From an uncultured delta proteobacterium (GTDB taxonomy: Bacteria > Desulfobacterota > Binatia > UBA9968): a DNA stretch of 64,000 bases. Shown here in pieces: positions 51,239 through 61,182 of this stretch. Position 1 is the first letter of the stretch, and every line of letters starts with the position of its first letter. A model generated the notes under the pieces. That model saw only the letters and a list, made by a program, of their open reading frames with translations. It had not been told where the DNA came from and searched no databases. A program made the position numbers and the translations under genes. The stretch lies in assembly GCA_963755715.1 (NCBI GenBank), contig CAVWLW010000073.1:32001-96000 (forward strand). Direction: 5' to 3'.

Positions 51239-52387
51239 CTTGGTTTCGGCGTTACAATATCAAACACGCCTTCATATCGCATACAAATTCGCCGCCATGA
51301 GAATTCTTTAATGGCGCGACATCGGCCGTATCGTCCCATGGACAAACACGATTCACGGTTCTCCAAAAGCGAGATTACCGCTTGGCTCAACTGGCTATAA
51401 TCACCCGGCTCAACGAGTACGCCACTTTTTCCATCCTCCACCGCATCCGGTATCCCCCCGACCCGCGTCGCGACGACAGGTTTGCCCGCAACTGCGGCTT
51501 CCAAAGCAACGATACCGAACCCCTCGACGTCATCCTTCACGTCTAGCGCTGGCAAGACAACTAAATCACACGCCTGATATAGTTTGATCAGCTCATCGTC
51601 GCTCGTCGAGCCGAGCAGGCGAACGTGGTCGTCAAGCCGGAGCTTTGAAACCACCTTGTTGATTTCGCTGACGACGTCATCGCGGTGCGTCAGTGATTCG
51701 GTCGGGTTACCGCCGACAATTAGAAACAACGCCCGTGGCACTGCGCGGACAATATCGACGAAAGAATTTTCGATAAATTCTTTGACCCCCTTACGTTTTG
51801 CCAGGCGTCCAACGAAGAGAATAGTCTTCCTACCTTTTACTTTCCAAGGTTCTTTGCCTGCGGCGCCATCCAGTGGCACATCGAAACGGTCCGGCTCCAC
51901 GCCTGGAGGAATGACAATGATTCGCTCAGGCGGAACTCCTTTCGATTGCCCCAACCGTGCCGTGTAGCCACTATTGGCAATCACTTTATCGCAACTCTTC
52001 AACCAGCGAACGCACAGTTGCTGGTACAGAAAACTCCGGTAAATAATATCCAAGCCGTGCGTTTGGAGAACCAGCCGCCGACCAAACAGGCGCGCGAGGA
52101 TCAGCGCCAATGGCGTCACCAAAACGCTGCCGCCGAAAATAACGGCGATGTGCCGATTGCGCGACTAAAAGGACAGTCCCCCGCCAAAGCGCGTAAAGCG
52201 CGAAGGGAACTAACCCCGGCAAAGGCGCGCGGGACACATCTTTCTCTTCGAACACGGAGAGTCGAGTATGCGCCGTAATAACATGCACGGAATGTTTCTT
52301 TCGGAGTTCCACGCACAGACTGCCGATGAGATTCTCGATGCCGCCGCGGCGCGGCGGATAGTTCCACGTGATTACAAGGATCTCCAT
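51235..52387 (-). CDS. Glycosyltransferase family 4, PimB-like (frameshift near 52165)
   Basis: MEILVITWNYPPRRGGIE, VGRLAKRKG, EGFGIVALEAAVAGKPVV motifs. Confidence 0.87.
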
Positions 52388-52395
52388 GCGACAGT

Positions 52396-53100
52396 TTATC
52401 GATGCTTCAGACCGCAGAGGTGATAAACTTGATATTGCCAAGACAACGGCCAAAGCGGTAATGCCAACGCCTGCGTGGCCCGGATGAACCAGAGATACCA
52501 GGGACCGCGAAAGATCCACGACGCCGACAGCACGTGCAGATCACGCCAGCGGCGCTCGACGCGGAGGCCGGCGGATTCAAACAGCGCTTGCCATTCTTCG
52601 AGCGAACGATCCTCTTCGTGAACTTGGGCTTGGTGCGTGCCCCAATAAAGTCCCAATCGTCGAGGTAAAAAACCGCTGTTCGGCACGAGTAGTAAAAATC
52701 TCGCATCCGGCTTTGCACAGCGGACCATTTCGCGCAGCGCCGCTTGCGGGTCTATGAGATGCTCAAGGGCGCCTAGACAAGAAATAAAATCGAATTGACA
52801 GTTGTCGAAAGGAAGCGTTTCAGCCGAGCCACAGTGTAGCTCGACCTTTGGCAAGGTTCGTTGACAAGCGTCAAGTGCTACGCGAGAGAGATCGATACCA
52901 CTTGGGATTGCGCCGAGCGCATGCACGGCCATCAACCACCTACCCGTTCCGCAGGCGACGTCCAGGATCCTAAGATTTTTCCAGGGCTCAAAACGCAGCG
53001 CGAGACGGCGTAGATGTCGAGAGACCCCGACTACATCGCGGGCATTCTTATAGTAAACTTCATCGTAGAAATGCCGGATTTCTTCGCGTTGTGCTGGCAT
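52396..53100 (-). CDS. Class I SAM-dependent methyltransferase
   Basis: ILDVACGTG, GIDLS, LGALEH motifs. Confidence 0.88.
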   Translation of the reverse strand: MPAQREEIRHFYDEVYYKNARDVVGVSRHLRRLALRFEPWKNLRILDVACGTGRWLMAVHALGAIPSGIDLSRVALDACQRTLPKVELHCGSAETLPFDNCQFDFISCLGALEHLIDPQAALREMVRCAKPDARFLLLVPNSGFLPRRLGLYWGTHQAQVHEEDRSLEEWQALFESAGLRVERRWRDLHVLSASWIFRGPWYLWFIRATQALALPLWPLSWQYQVYHLCGLKHR

Positions 53101-53121
53101 AAATATACCCGTAAACGCCGG

Positions 53122-54018
53122 CTAATCTTCTCTATCGCCGCTGAAATGTTCGAAATGCCCGTGTCTTTCCATGCGCAACAAAGCGATCTGCTCGGAGACC
53201 AAGCCGAGCATGAAAACGATCACGGCAGCGGTAAACATGAGCGCGGACATGTTGGTGAACCGGTGCTCGGTGAAGTAGGTATACGCGTAGTTCGACACGC
53301 CGGCCAGAAAAAACAAGATGCTGACCGGCAAAAACACCCGGAACGGCGAAAACAAGGTGGCGATTTTAGTGATGATCAGCAGAAAGCGGATGCCGTCGGT
53401 AACCAAGCTGATTTTACTCTGCCCGGCGCGGTAGAGCGTTTGAATCGGTATGTATTTTACAGTCAACCCCGAGCGTAAAAACGCCAGCGTGAGCGTCGTC
53501 GGATAGGAGAACGTGTTAGGCAACAAATCGATGAAGCGCAACGCATCGCGCCGCGAAAGCACGCGAAAGCCCGAAGTTAGATCCTGCACGTTAAATTTAG
53601 TGACGTACGACGCGAGCAAATTGTAAAGCAGGTTCGCCGCGTAGCGGTGGAATCTCAGCTTAGAGCCTTTGGCGCGGGCGCCGACGACCATGTGGTAGTT
53701 GGTCGCCTCGGCTAGTAAGTTGGGAATATCTTCCGGTTTGTGTTGGCCGTCTCCGTCCATCAGCACGATCAACTTTCCCCGCGCCGCGCGGATACCGCTC
53801 TTGATCGCGGCGCCGTTGCCGATGTTATACGGGTGTCGAACCACGCTGACGCCGGCGTTCAAGGCAATCTCGGCGCTGCCGTCGGCGGAGCCGTCATCGA
53901 CCACGATGATCTCCACTTGCGGCAGTTCGAGTGCTTGGACCTTGCCGAGCAGCGTCGCTAAAATTTCCGCTTCGTTAAAAACCGGAATAACGATCGAGAT
54001 AGCGCACCGGCTAGCCAT
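53122..54018 (-). CDS. GT2 polyprenyl-phosphate glycosyltransferase (DPM1/GtrB-like)
   Basis: SIVIPVFNE, VDDGSADG, MDGDGQH, DLTSGFR motifs; two C-terminal TM helices. Confidence 0.92.
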   Translation of the reverse strand: MASRCAISIVIPVFNEAEILATLLGKVQALELPQVEIIVVDDGSADGSAEIALNAGVSVVRHPYNIGNGAAIKSGIRAARGKLIVLMDGDGQHKPEDIPNLLAEATNYHMVVGARAKGSKLRFHRYAANLLYNLLASYVTKFNVQDLTSGFRVLSRRDALRFIDLLPNTFSYPTTLTLAFLRSGLTVKYIPIQTLYRAGQSKISLVTDGIRFLLIITKIATLFSPFRVFLPVSILFFLAGVSNYAYTYFTEHRFTNMSALMFTAAVIVFMLGLVSEQIALLRMERHGHFEHFSGDRED

Positions 54019-55792
54019 GAATTTGATAGACGGCGTGATTACGGTCGCGAAAGCTCAAGGTGAGCCGGCTCTCGGCGAATCGATTCCACACTTCCCCTTG
54101 CTTGGGCGTCAAATTGTGCGCTAGAAAATCTGTCAGAAGATCCTCGCGGACCATGAGATGGGTAATGTCTTTGCGTTTTAGCTCTTGTTCGATTTGATCG
54201 GCGCTTTCAGCTCCGCGAATCGCCGCCAGCAGATATCCCGGCAACTCGCCGCCGTCATGAAAATAATCTCGCTCGCAATAATACGCTCTCCGGCCGATAA
54301 AGAGAAGATAAATTTTCGCCTTCGGCGGCGTGCTCTTGGCAATGTACTGGAATGAAGTGTACTCGGGGAGCATGCGAGCCAGATAAGCGTCGCGACTGAC
54401 GGCGCCCGAAAGATAGCCGAGCGGCGCCGCTTCCCGAAAATATTTCCCTAGATAAATGCCATGCCAGCCCGCGAAGAACATTAGCGCCGCGAATAAATAA
54501 ACGGGACGCTTAATGCGCAGGTAAAGATTGAAAACGCCGTAAACCGCCAGGATCACCAACGGCGGGACGATGGAGAGAATATAACGAATGCGCATGTCGA
54601 CGAGAAATAATGCGTAGGCGAGAAACAGCAGCGCGAAGCCCGCCAGCAGTTTTTTCTCCTCCAGCCATTTGCCTTTAAATGCCCATGGTAAAAAGACGAT
54701 CAAGATCGGCGTCAGCACGCCGTCGAACAATTGCGGATTGTCGTCCTGCCCGGAAAAAAATACGCGCAAAGGCAAGCCGAAAAGCTGCCAGAAATTTTCG
54801 CCATAGAATAGTTCCCTTTTTGCGAATATGCCCAGCGCACCGTAACCTGCGCCGCCGCTTTGCGCCCGCGCGCCGAACGAGAACCAGCCGCCCAATAACG
54901 GGTAAAATGGATTGCCGGTCTGAAACCAATTTTTTACGAGCCACGGCAAAAACGGCAACAGCGTCAAGCCGCCGAATAGAAGCAGCTCGCCACCCATCGC
55001 GCCAAGACGCTTACGCGGCGGCTTCGCGACGACGAGTAGAAACATCGAACCGATCAGTAGCGCGGCCACCAACCCATTGGGTTTGGTGGCTAGAGCAAAA
55101 CCCAGCGAAATTCCGGTCAGAGCTAGCCAACGGAGTTGGTTTCTTTCCTCGCGCCACCGCAGCAGACACAAAAGCGACGCCGTCGTGTAGAAAGTAATTC
55201 CAAGATCGATGTAACCCCAGTGACTCAGCCGCGCGATGACCGGCATCGACAAATAAATGAAACAGCCAAGCAAGCCGTACACGAGATTCATACGCCGGCT
55301 CAAATAGGCGTATAAAAGCAAACCCGTGAGTAAGGCGAAAAGTCCGTGAATCAATTTCGGAACGAAATCATATCCCCAATAAACCCACGGGGTATAGAGC
55401 ATATCGAGCAGCATCGGATAGTAGGCGTAGGGCGCCATCGGCACTTCGACAATCCGACCGGCATTGGCATAGAGCTTTGGAATCGCCAGGTGATGTGTGA
55501 GTTCATCGCGACTCGTAGGCGGCAGCAGACCGAGCAGGACTTCGAATACGACAAGAAAGAAGACCGCCGCCCAAAGGATCCAGCCAACCCAGTTTGTCTG
55601 CCGTGGAATAGCGAGGAAATTTACAACAAAGAAAATGGCACCGAGAAGGAAGACCAGAGCGACGCTCAAGTTCAGTAAAGGATGGTGAACGTATCCCAAC
55701 AACCCGAAAAGAAAATAGACAGTGGCGCTGGCACCGAGCAAACAGCCGACCCAAACGGTGCGCGATAACAGAATCGAAGCGCGTTCTTCCAT
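54011..55792 (-). CDS. GT-C fold membrane glycosyltransferase
   Basis: DELTHHLAIPK, YIDLG, TK, TGNPFYP motifs; many TM helices; overlaps the GT2 start. Confidence 0.8.
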   Translation of the reverse strand: MEERASILLSRTVWVGCLLGASATVYFLFGLLGYVHHPLLNLSVALVFLLGAIFFVVNFLAIPRQTNWVGWILWAAVFFLVVFEVLLGLLPPTSRDELTHHLAIPKLYANAGRIVEVPMAPYAYYPMLLDMLYTPWVYWGYDFVPKLIHGLFALLTGLLLYAYLSRRMNLVYGLLGCFIYLSMPVIARLSHWGYIDLGITFYTTASLLCLLRWREERNQLRWLALTGISLGFALATKPNGLVAALLIGSMFLLVVAKPPRKRLGAMGGELLLFGGLTLLPFLPWLVKNWFQTGNPFYPLLGGWFSFGARAQSGGAGYGALGIFAKRELFYGENFWQLFGLPLRVFFSGQDDNPQLFDGVLTPILIVFLPWAFKGKWLEEKKLLAGFALLFLAYALFLVDMRIRYILSIVPPLVILAVYGVFNLYLRIKRPVYLFAALMFFAGWHGIYLGKYFREAAPLGYLSGAVSRDAYLARMLPEYTSFQYIAKSTPPKAKIYLLFIGRRAYYCERDYFHDGGELPGYLLAAIRGAESADQIEQELKRKDITHLMVREDLLTDFLAHNLTPKQGEVWNRFAESRLTLSFRDRNHAVYQIHG

Positions 55793-56022
55793 CAGGCTTC
55801 GCGGACGCGCGGCGCGAATCTCGACGTGGTCACGTTACAAAAAGTGCGCAATGTGCCGCCGGGCAGCAAATGAAATAGTTGAATGATCGGCAATTTAGAA
55901 AATGGAAGCAAAATGGGCTTTGCAGGTGTGATTTCCGTTCGGGCGCGAGCGCTGCACCCCAACGGCTTCCGCCAACGCGCTTGAGCTCGATAGTCGAATA
56001 ATCGCGTCGCCTTCCGATCGGC

Positions 56023-56271
56023 TCAATCGGTTTTGTCGATGACCGCAACCACGGCGCCAAACTTAATGAAGTCGCCCTCCCGGGCGCTGATTTCCAACAA
56101 TTCGCCGTTGTCCGGCGCTTCGATCTCGACGTTGACTTTGTCGGTTTCTACTTCAAGCAGCGCCTCGCCCTTCCGCACTTTGTCGCCTTGGTTTTTTATC
56201 CAGCGCAGGATCCTCACTTCATCACTCTCATCGCTCGACCCCAAGCGCGGGATGACGACATCCTTTTTCAT
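56023..56271 (-). CDS. Stand-alone lipoyl-domain protein
   Basis: 82 aa with LEVETDKVNVEIEAP lipoyl-lysine motif. Confidence 0.88.
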   Translation of the reverse strand: MKKDVVIPRLGSSDESDEVRILRWIKNQGDKVRKGEALLEVETDKVNVEIEAPDNGELLEISAREGDFIKFGAVVAVIDKTD

Positions 56272-56289
56272 CGCCGAACCGAAAGCCGC

Positions 56290-56889
56290 CTAAAGCGACT
56301 GAGCCTCGAAGCTGTCCGCGAGCGATTTGAGTTTCAGCGTCTGGCGCATGTTTTCCAGGAAAGCGTTGACGTTTTTGTACTTGGCCGGGATCTCGTACTT
56401 CACCGTGGCACAGAGATAATGCAACTGAGAAAAGATGGCCGCATCGGCGATGGTCAGCCGGTCAAAGATGAATTTCTTGCCGGTATAAATCTGCTCGAGG
56501 GTGTTAAAATGAGCGTCCCATTCTGCTTCCGCTTTTTGCCGCGCCTCCGGTGTTTCGGCCCGGCGCATCGCGTGGTTGGCATGGATCAGGACTTCGTCGG
56601 ACCAATCTTCCAGCGCCAAACAAAGCCCTTTGTTCGCAGCGCCGTCGGGATAAATGCTGTTCGCCGGATGATCTTTCTCCAGACGCGCAGAAATCACGGT
56701 CGAGTCGATGATGCATTCGCCGTTATAATCCGTCGACGGAACTTTTCGTTGGCCGGTGTACTCGAGCAAAGACTTGCGCTCGTCTTTGCGCACGTCGACG
56801 ATCTCATAGGGAACCTTTTTCATCGCGAACACGATGCGAACCTTCTCACAAAACATGGAAGTTTGAGATTGAAAAAGCCTGATAGCCAT
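56290..56889 (-). CDS. Glutathione S-transferase family protein
   Basis: SMFCEKVRI, KVP, DST, TIADAA motifs. Confidence 0.87.
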   Translation of the reverse strand: MAIRLFQSQTSMFCEKVRIVFAMKKVPYEIVDVRKDERKSLLEYTGQRKVPSTDYNGECIIDSTVISARLEKDHPANSIYPDGAANKGLCLALEDWSDEVLIHANHAMRRAETPEARQKAEAEWDAHFNTLEQIYTGKKFIFDRLTIADAAIFSQLHYLCATVKYEIPAKYKNVNAFLENMRQTLKLKSLADSFEAQSL

Positions 56890-57135
56890 TGTTTATTCCT
56901 CCTTCGCCCTGTCATTTCAGTTTAAGACTCTTCGCCAATCGAACAAGAAGCAGATTTCGATTAGTAACCCATGCACGAAATTCGCTAAATTCTCAAGCCC
57001 GTTTGCGTACCCGTTATTGACCTTAGTTCGCTTCATGAGTATCCTTTCCTCACTCTAAAGGGGGAAAGCTTTGAGGAAGCGGCGCGTGTCAAAGACCACC
57101 GCTCGGTTCGAATCTCACGATTTCGGAAGGAAACA

Positions 57136-57348
57136 ATGGCAAAGTATCTACAGTGTAGCGAGTGCGGCAAACTAGCCTTTTACTACGACGACTTCGTCGG
57201 CACGGAGAAGCCCTTCTATCGGCGTTTCATGCGTTATCCGGAAGGGGAAACCAAGCATGAGCCGCCGCGTTGCTTCAGCTGCGGCGCCGTGCCGCGGCTA
57301 ATCCATGAAAACATCAAGGAAGAAAAAGCAGCGGCGGCAAAGCATTGA
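57136..57348 (+). CDS. Small zinc-ribbon protein
   Basis: CSECG and CFSCG pairs in 70 aa, AAGGA RBS. Confidence 0.6.
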   Translation: MAKYLQCSECGKLAFYYDDFVGTEKPFYRRFMRYPEGETKHEPPRCFSCGAVPRLIHENIKEEKAAAAKH

Positions 57349-57446
57349 TTCAACCGATGCTGCGCTCGAACGTCGAGATCAGCGCGGCTGAAAACCCGTC
57401 TCGTCCCAATAAGCGACATCGAACCTGCACAGTCTGCAAAATTTAT

Positions 57447-57764
57447 CTAGCGTCCAGCAGCCAGCGCTTCGAGATGCTCTTGCACAACTGCTTCGGGACA
57501 TAGGCGAAGAAAGAGCTTCAGACCCCCCAGGATGACGGCGAGGTCGTCCAACTGTCCGACACCGAATAGAAAATCCGGCACCAGGTCCGTCGGCAAGGCA
57601 ACATAAGCGAGTATTCCCATAAGCACGAGCTTGGGGCCGAGAGAAACGCGCGGATCAATTGCCAAACGGCCAAAGAGTTTCAGAAACTTGGGAAAGTGCA
57701 CGAGCAGCCGCAGAAAGCCGCCCCAGCCGAGTTTCTTAACCAAACCTTTCGTGCTCAGTGCCAT
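57447..57764 (-). CDS. DUF1232 (YkvA family) membrane protein
   Basis: DPRV, YVALPTDLVPDF, GQLDD motifs. Confidence 0.9.
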   Translation of the reverse strand: MALSTKGLVKKLGWGGFLRLLVHFPKFLKLFGRLAIDPRVSLGPKLVLMGILAYVALPTDLVPDFLFGVGQLDDLAVILGGLKLFLRLCPEAVVQEHLEALAAGR

Positions 57765-57840
57765 GATCGACGTGTGGCCAGGCCGAAGTCGAAAATATCT
57801 CTTGAGCCGGGCCCATCGGCCGTTCGAGATTCATCGGCGT

Positions 57841-59034
57841 TCAGTGCTTTTCGATAACACTCGACGCGGATGCCCGTGAAAACAACGCGACGAAGCCGTC
57901 GCGCACGTCTTTTTTCACCAGCACCAGACCCACTGCCAGGACAACGTACAAAAACGAATAGTAGAACCGAAATTGCGGATCGGGAAAGAGCAACTGGGTC
58001 CAGAACAGCACAAAAACTATCAGTGCTTCGAGCAAGGAGAATGAAAGATTTGCCAAAACCGCCACAGCGAAGATGGACTGCGCGGCGGTCAAAAACATCT
58101 CCTCGACCTGACGCGCATCCATGTGCATGCCACCGGCGCTCTCCGCAGAAACCGCATAAACGATCGGCAGCATGCCGATCAACAGCGTCCATTGATTGAC
58201 CTTCGATGACAGGAGCGCGCCCATGCTGGTACCGGGCTGGCCCTTGAGCGCGAATAGAATCGCGACGATGAATTCCGGTGACTCAGAAGCCAGAGGTGCC
58301 AACCACTGAACCAAAATAAATTCCTCTATGCCGAAAGTCCTTCCCGTCGCCAAAAGCCCTTCCGCGAATGGCTCCGCTGCCGTGAAGATAGTAAAACCGG
58401 AGAGCAGAAAAAAACTAACCGTCCACGCCCGCCGCGGCCTTGTCCCCCAACTTTCGATCATTGCGGCCGGACCCTCCAGTTCCGGCTCGACGTGTTCCGC
58501 CTTCGAGGCAGCGCGCATGTAGAAAACAAAGATCATGATAAGCGCGACTGCGTCGATGAGATCAAGCTGTCCCTTTAAGGGAATAAGAAATGAATAAAGC
58601 GTCGCCAATGCGAGGTAAAACAGTTCAATCTTATGGCTCGGCTCGAGCTCGACCGCTTTTTTGCCGGACTTCAGCCAGTAGGTAATCACGACGGCTGCCC
58701 AACCCACGCCGATCAATAATCGGTTGGCGCCGGTCATGTTCGCAGTCGCAAAAGCGGTGTACTTAGGATCTTTTCCCGCCGACCAGGCAAAGTACATGTC
58801 GACGGCGTATTCCGGTAAAACTGCAATGAGAGCGAGCAGTGCGATGGCCAGTGCCTGGGGAATATCCTTTTGGGAAAGCTCCGCTGCCCAGGACAATAAG
58901 AACGCCGCGCCGAAGATCGCGACTCCAGAGCTCAACGCTTCAAATTGCGGGGTCAGATGAATGCCGGCGAAATGGATCGCGATCCATTGAAGACAAAGCA
59001 AAATCGATGAGCCGATCCAAAGCCAGTTCGTCAT
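57841..59034 (-). CDS. Sodium:calcium (CaCA) family cation antiporter
   Basis: Alpha-repeat motifs AVLPEY...ANMTGAN and ASESPE...SSKVNQ. Confidence 0.88.
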   Translation of the reverse strand: MTNWLWIGSSILLCLQWIAIHFAGIHLTPQFEALSSGVAIFGAAFLLSWAAELSQKDIPQALAIALLALIAVLPEYAVDMYFAWSAGKDPKYTAFATANMTGANRLLIGVGWAAVVITYWLKSGKKAVELEPSHKIELFYLALATLYSFLIPLKGQLDLIDAVALIMIFVFYMRAASKAEHVEPELEGPAAMIESWGTRPRRAWTVSFFLLSGFTIFTAAEPFAEGLLATGRTFGIEEFILVQWLAPLASESPEFIVAILFALKGQPGTSMGALLSSKVNQWTLLIGMLPIVYAVSAESAGGMHMDARQVEEMFLTAAQSIFAVAVLANLSFSLLEALIVFVLFWTQLLFPDPQFRFYYSFLYVVLAVGLVLVKKDVRDGFVALFSRASASSVIEKH

Positions 59035-59120
59035 TCCGTCCCTCCACACTTCTGTGATGTGCCCGCACAATAACTCCCGTCCCTATTTTCATAGGCAATT
59101 GTTTAAGTCAATGACGCAAA

Positions 59121-59148
59121 TAAAAAAGAGCGGGTTGATTACCCGCCC
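59121..59148 (-). terminator. Rho-independent terminator
   Basis: Minus-strand GGGCGGGT-aatca-ACCCGCTC hairpin followed by TTTTTT. Confidence 0.75.
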
Positions 59149-59668
59149 TGGTAAAATTGATGGAGGCAGCGGCACAGTGTAAAGAACCTGTGTTTACCTT
59201 TTCGTTCCGCTTACCCTAGCCGGCATCGGAAGGGCCGCGGCGGGCCGAGCGTCTGATCGCTAGAACCTGATAGAAGCATTCATAGCTGGAAACCTGCTGG
59301 AAACGCTGGCGTGACCGCAGCTATTTTTTGACGCAAATAACGCTCAATAGGTCGAGCCACAGAGAGGCGTGCAGCACGACGTGGCACCCCAGTCATCGAT
59401 CAAAAGGAGAAATTTATTCGATCCGGCCGTCACAGATTGTTTTCCGGCGTTATCGAATCCCTTACACGCCGACGCGCAGACGTTCCAAATCTTGTTTCTA
59501 GGAAAACTTTGGAACCGTGCTGCCGCGACTAGAATTCTTGCGATTCACTCAATAGCAAGGGTATTGAACCGCGAAAATGTAGCGAGTACGTAAGGGGCCA
59601 GTTAGGCGTGACTGGACCCAGCAAGAGCTCGCGCATGGCGAGGATGATGGCGGAGTTGTCGCCTTTAA

Positions 59669-60079
59669 TCATTGCCGTTCGCCTTGATCAGCGTTGTGGT
59701 GTTTGCGCTTTCCCTCGTCGGCATCGGCCGATGGCGCGCCCTCATCCAGCCAATTTTTGAACTCATGGAGCGAGTGCGCAAGGCGCCACTCTTCAAAAAT
59801 GGCGCGGGCCATGGCGGATACGGCTCCGGCCGATTCCGGCGCGCACGCCAGAGCGCATTGGAGCAACCATTCCTCGAAGGCTTCCGGGTTCGGATCGTCT
59901 TGCACCGCGCGCTGGAGCAAATCCCGCTTGATCGCCAGCCCGATGCCGTCCGGCGTTTGGTCGCGCTTGCGGTTGCGCCGGCGTCCCTCGGCCGCTTCGA
60001 GCGCGGCGAGTAACGCTCCGCAGATTTCCGCGGGCCGAACCGACGGTGGATACAAAGGAGACACTACGACCAACTCCAA
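59669..60079 (-). CDS. Conserved hypothetical protein at the end of the fdh operon; start uncertain
   Basis: LLAALEAAEGRRRNRKRDQTPD...FEEWL...GAPSAD; overlaps the fdhE stop. Confidence 0.65.
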   Translation of the reverse strand: MELVVVSPLYPPSVRPAEICGALLAALEAAEGRRRNRKRDQTPDGIGLAIKRDLLQRAVQDDPNPEAFEEWLLQCALACAPESAGAVSAMARAIFEEWRLAHSLHEFKNWLDEGAPSADADEGKRKHHNADQGERQ

Positions 60080-60951
60080 GCAAAAAAGGACGGCTTCGGC
60101 ATTGCTTTGCCGACGACGATAACATCCAACGCGTAGCCGGCTCCGTCGGGGCGTTTGTACCCTTGCTGCATCGCCGCGATATCCAAATCGACGCTGGCGA
60201 GATCATCGATCATGACCTTGGCAGGCGGACTGCCCTGAAGCGTCGTAAAGGTTTTCACGTAGCCGAGACAGCGCTTGCACGCGTCGATCACCGAGTTCGA
60301 GCCACTTTTTTCAGGCACCAGCGAGACAAGCTCGTTATGGTCGGTCATGCCGCAGTAAGGACAGAACAAGGCTCGAGCTTGCCACTCGCTGCCGCAGCGG
60401 CCGCAGCGGAAATATCGGCTTCGTTCGATCCCTCGCACTTCGGAAAACGCCGGCCAGGCGCCGCAGACCGGACAATACCCCTCCGTCCAGCTCGGAGATT
60501 TCGATGCTGCCCATCGCCGATTGCACGCGTGCAACAAGGGGACGGGCAAGAGTGTTGCAACCGCTTGGAACGCCTCCGCATCTGCACCGAGATACGCGGC
60601 AATGTCCTTAAGGCGATCGCGATCCTGGCAAAGTGAAGCTTTGAACAAGCTCAACAGGTCTAAATCTCTATGTAGTGCCGGTTCCAAGCTGGCCATCGCC
60701 GGTGTCCCACTGCGATGGGCGATCAAAATCAGCTTTTCCAACAGCCGATGAATGGCACGTCGCTCTAAAGTCAGGGTGATACCCGCTAGCAGCGGAACCT
60801 TGCTTTGCTGTGATTCGCTACGGATGGGGACGAGTGAATCCCACTCAGGATTGATGGACTCGCTTAGGACTTCCTGAACTACGGCGAGCCACGGTTCCCA
60901 CTCTGGGTGCCGGCGTCTGAGATCCTGCAGGCCAGTCTCAATTGCCGTCAT
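60064..60951 (-). CDS. fdhE: Formate dehydrogenase accessory protein FdhE
   Basis: CPVCG, CGRCG, CPYCG and CKRC zinc motifs, YVK, DDLAS..LD. Confidence 0.92.
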   Translation of the reverse strand: MTAIETGLQDLRRRHPEWEPWLAVVQEVLSESINPEWDSLVPIRSESQQSKVPLLAGITLTLERRAIHRLLEKLILIAHRSGTPAMASLEPALHRDLDLLSLFKASLCQDRDRLKDIAAYLGADAEAFQAVATLLPVPLLHACNRRWAASKSPSWTEGYCPVCGAWPAFSEVRGIERSRYFRCGRCGSEWQARALFCPYCGMTDHNELVSLVPEKSGSNSVIDACKRCLGYVKTFTTLQGSPPAKVMIDDLASVDLDIAAMQQGYKRPDGAGYALDVIVVGKAMPKPSFFAWSWS

Positions 60952-61181
60952 TTGCGGCTGAGGTCGTTGGCCTGACTGGCGGGAGCCAAAGAAGGATGCT
61001 TGGTGGGAATGATTTTGGGAGTATTTTCAAACGGTCTTGAGCCTTCGTGCATCTGCACAAATTTAGCTCGGTTGCCGACGTCGGCTCCCGGTCCGCCACC
61101 GCGGGTCCGTGCCGTCTCCGGGCTCGTACAGGCAGCGACGTAGAACAAAAGCGCGACGGGGATGATCACCGACAGGCTCAT
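60948..61181 (-). CDS. Small lipoprotein in the fdh operon
   Basis: Lipobox VAAC followed by SPETARTRGGGPGADVGNR; ATGA overlap with fdhE. Confidence 0.65.
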   Translation of the reverse strand: MSLSVIIPVALLFYVAACTSPETARTRGGGPGADVGNRAKFVQMHEGSRPFENTPKIIPTKHPSLAPASQANDLSRK

Positions 61182-61182
61182 G

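Noticed and set aside
59158-59195. tmRNA or tRNA 3' end (minus-strand GCCGCTGCCTCCATCA)
   Set aside because: No proper T-arm (GTTCGA), no CCA match and no matching 5' end.
59255-59300. TPP riboswitch (GAACCTGAT) or c-di-GMP-I riboswitch (GACGCAAA nearby)
   Set aside because: The other conserved elements of both families are missing and the orientation does not fit the downstream gene.
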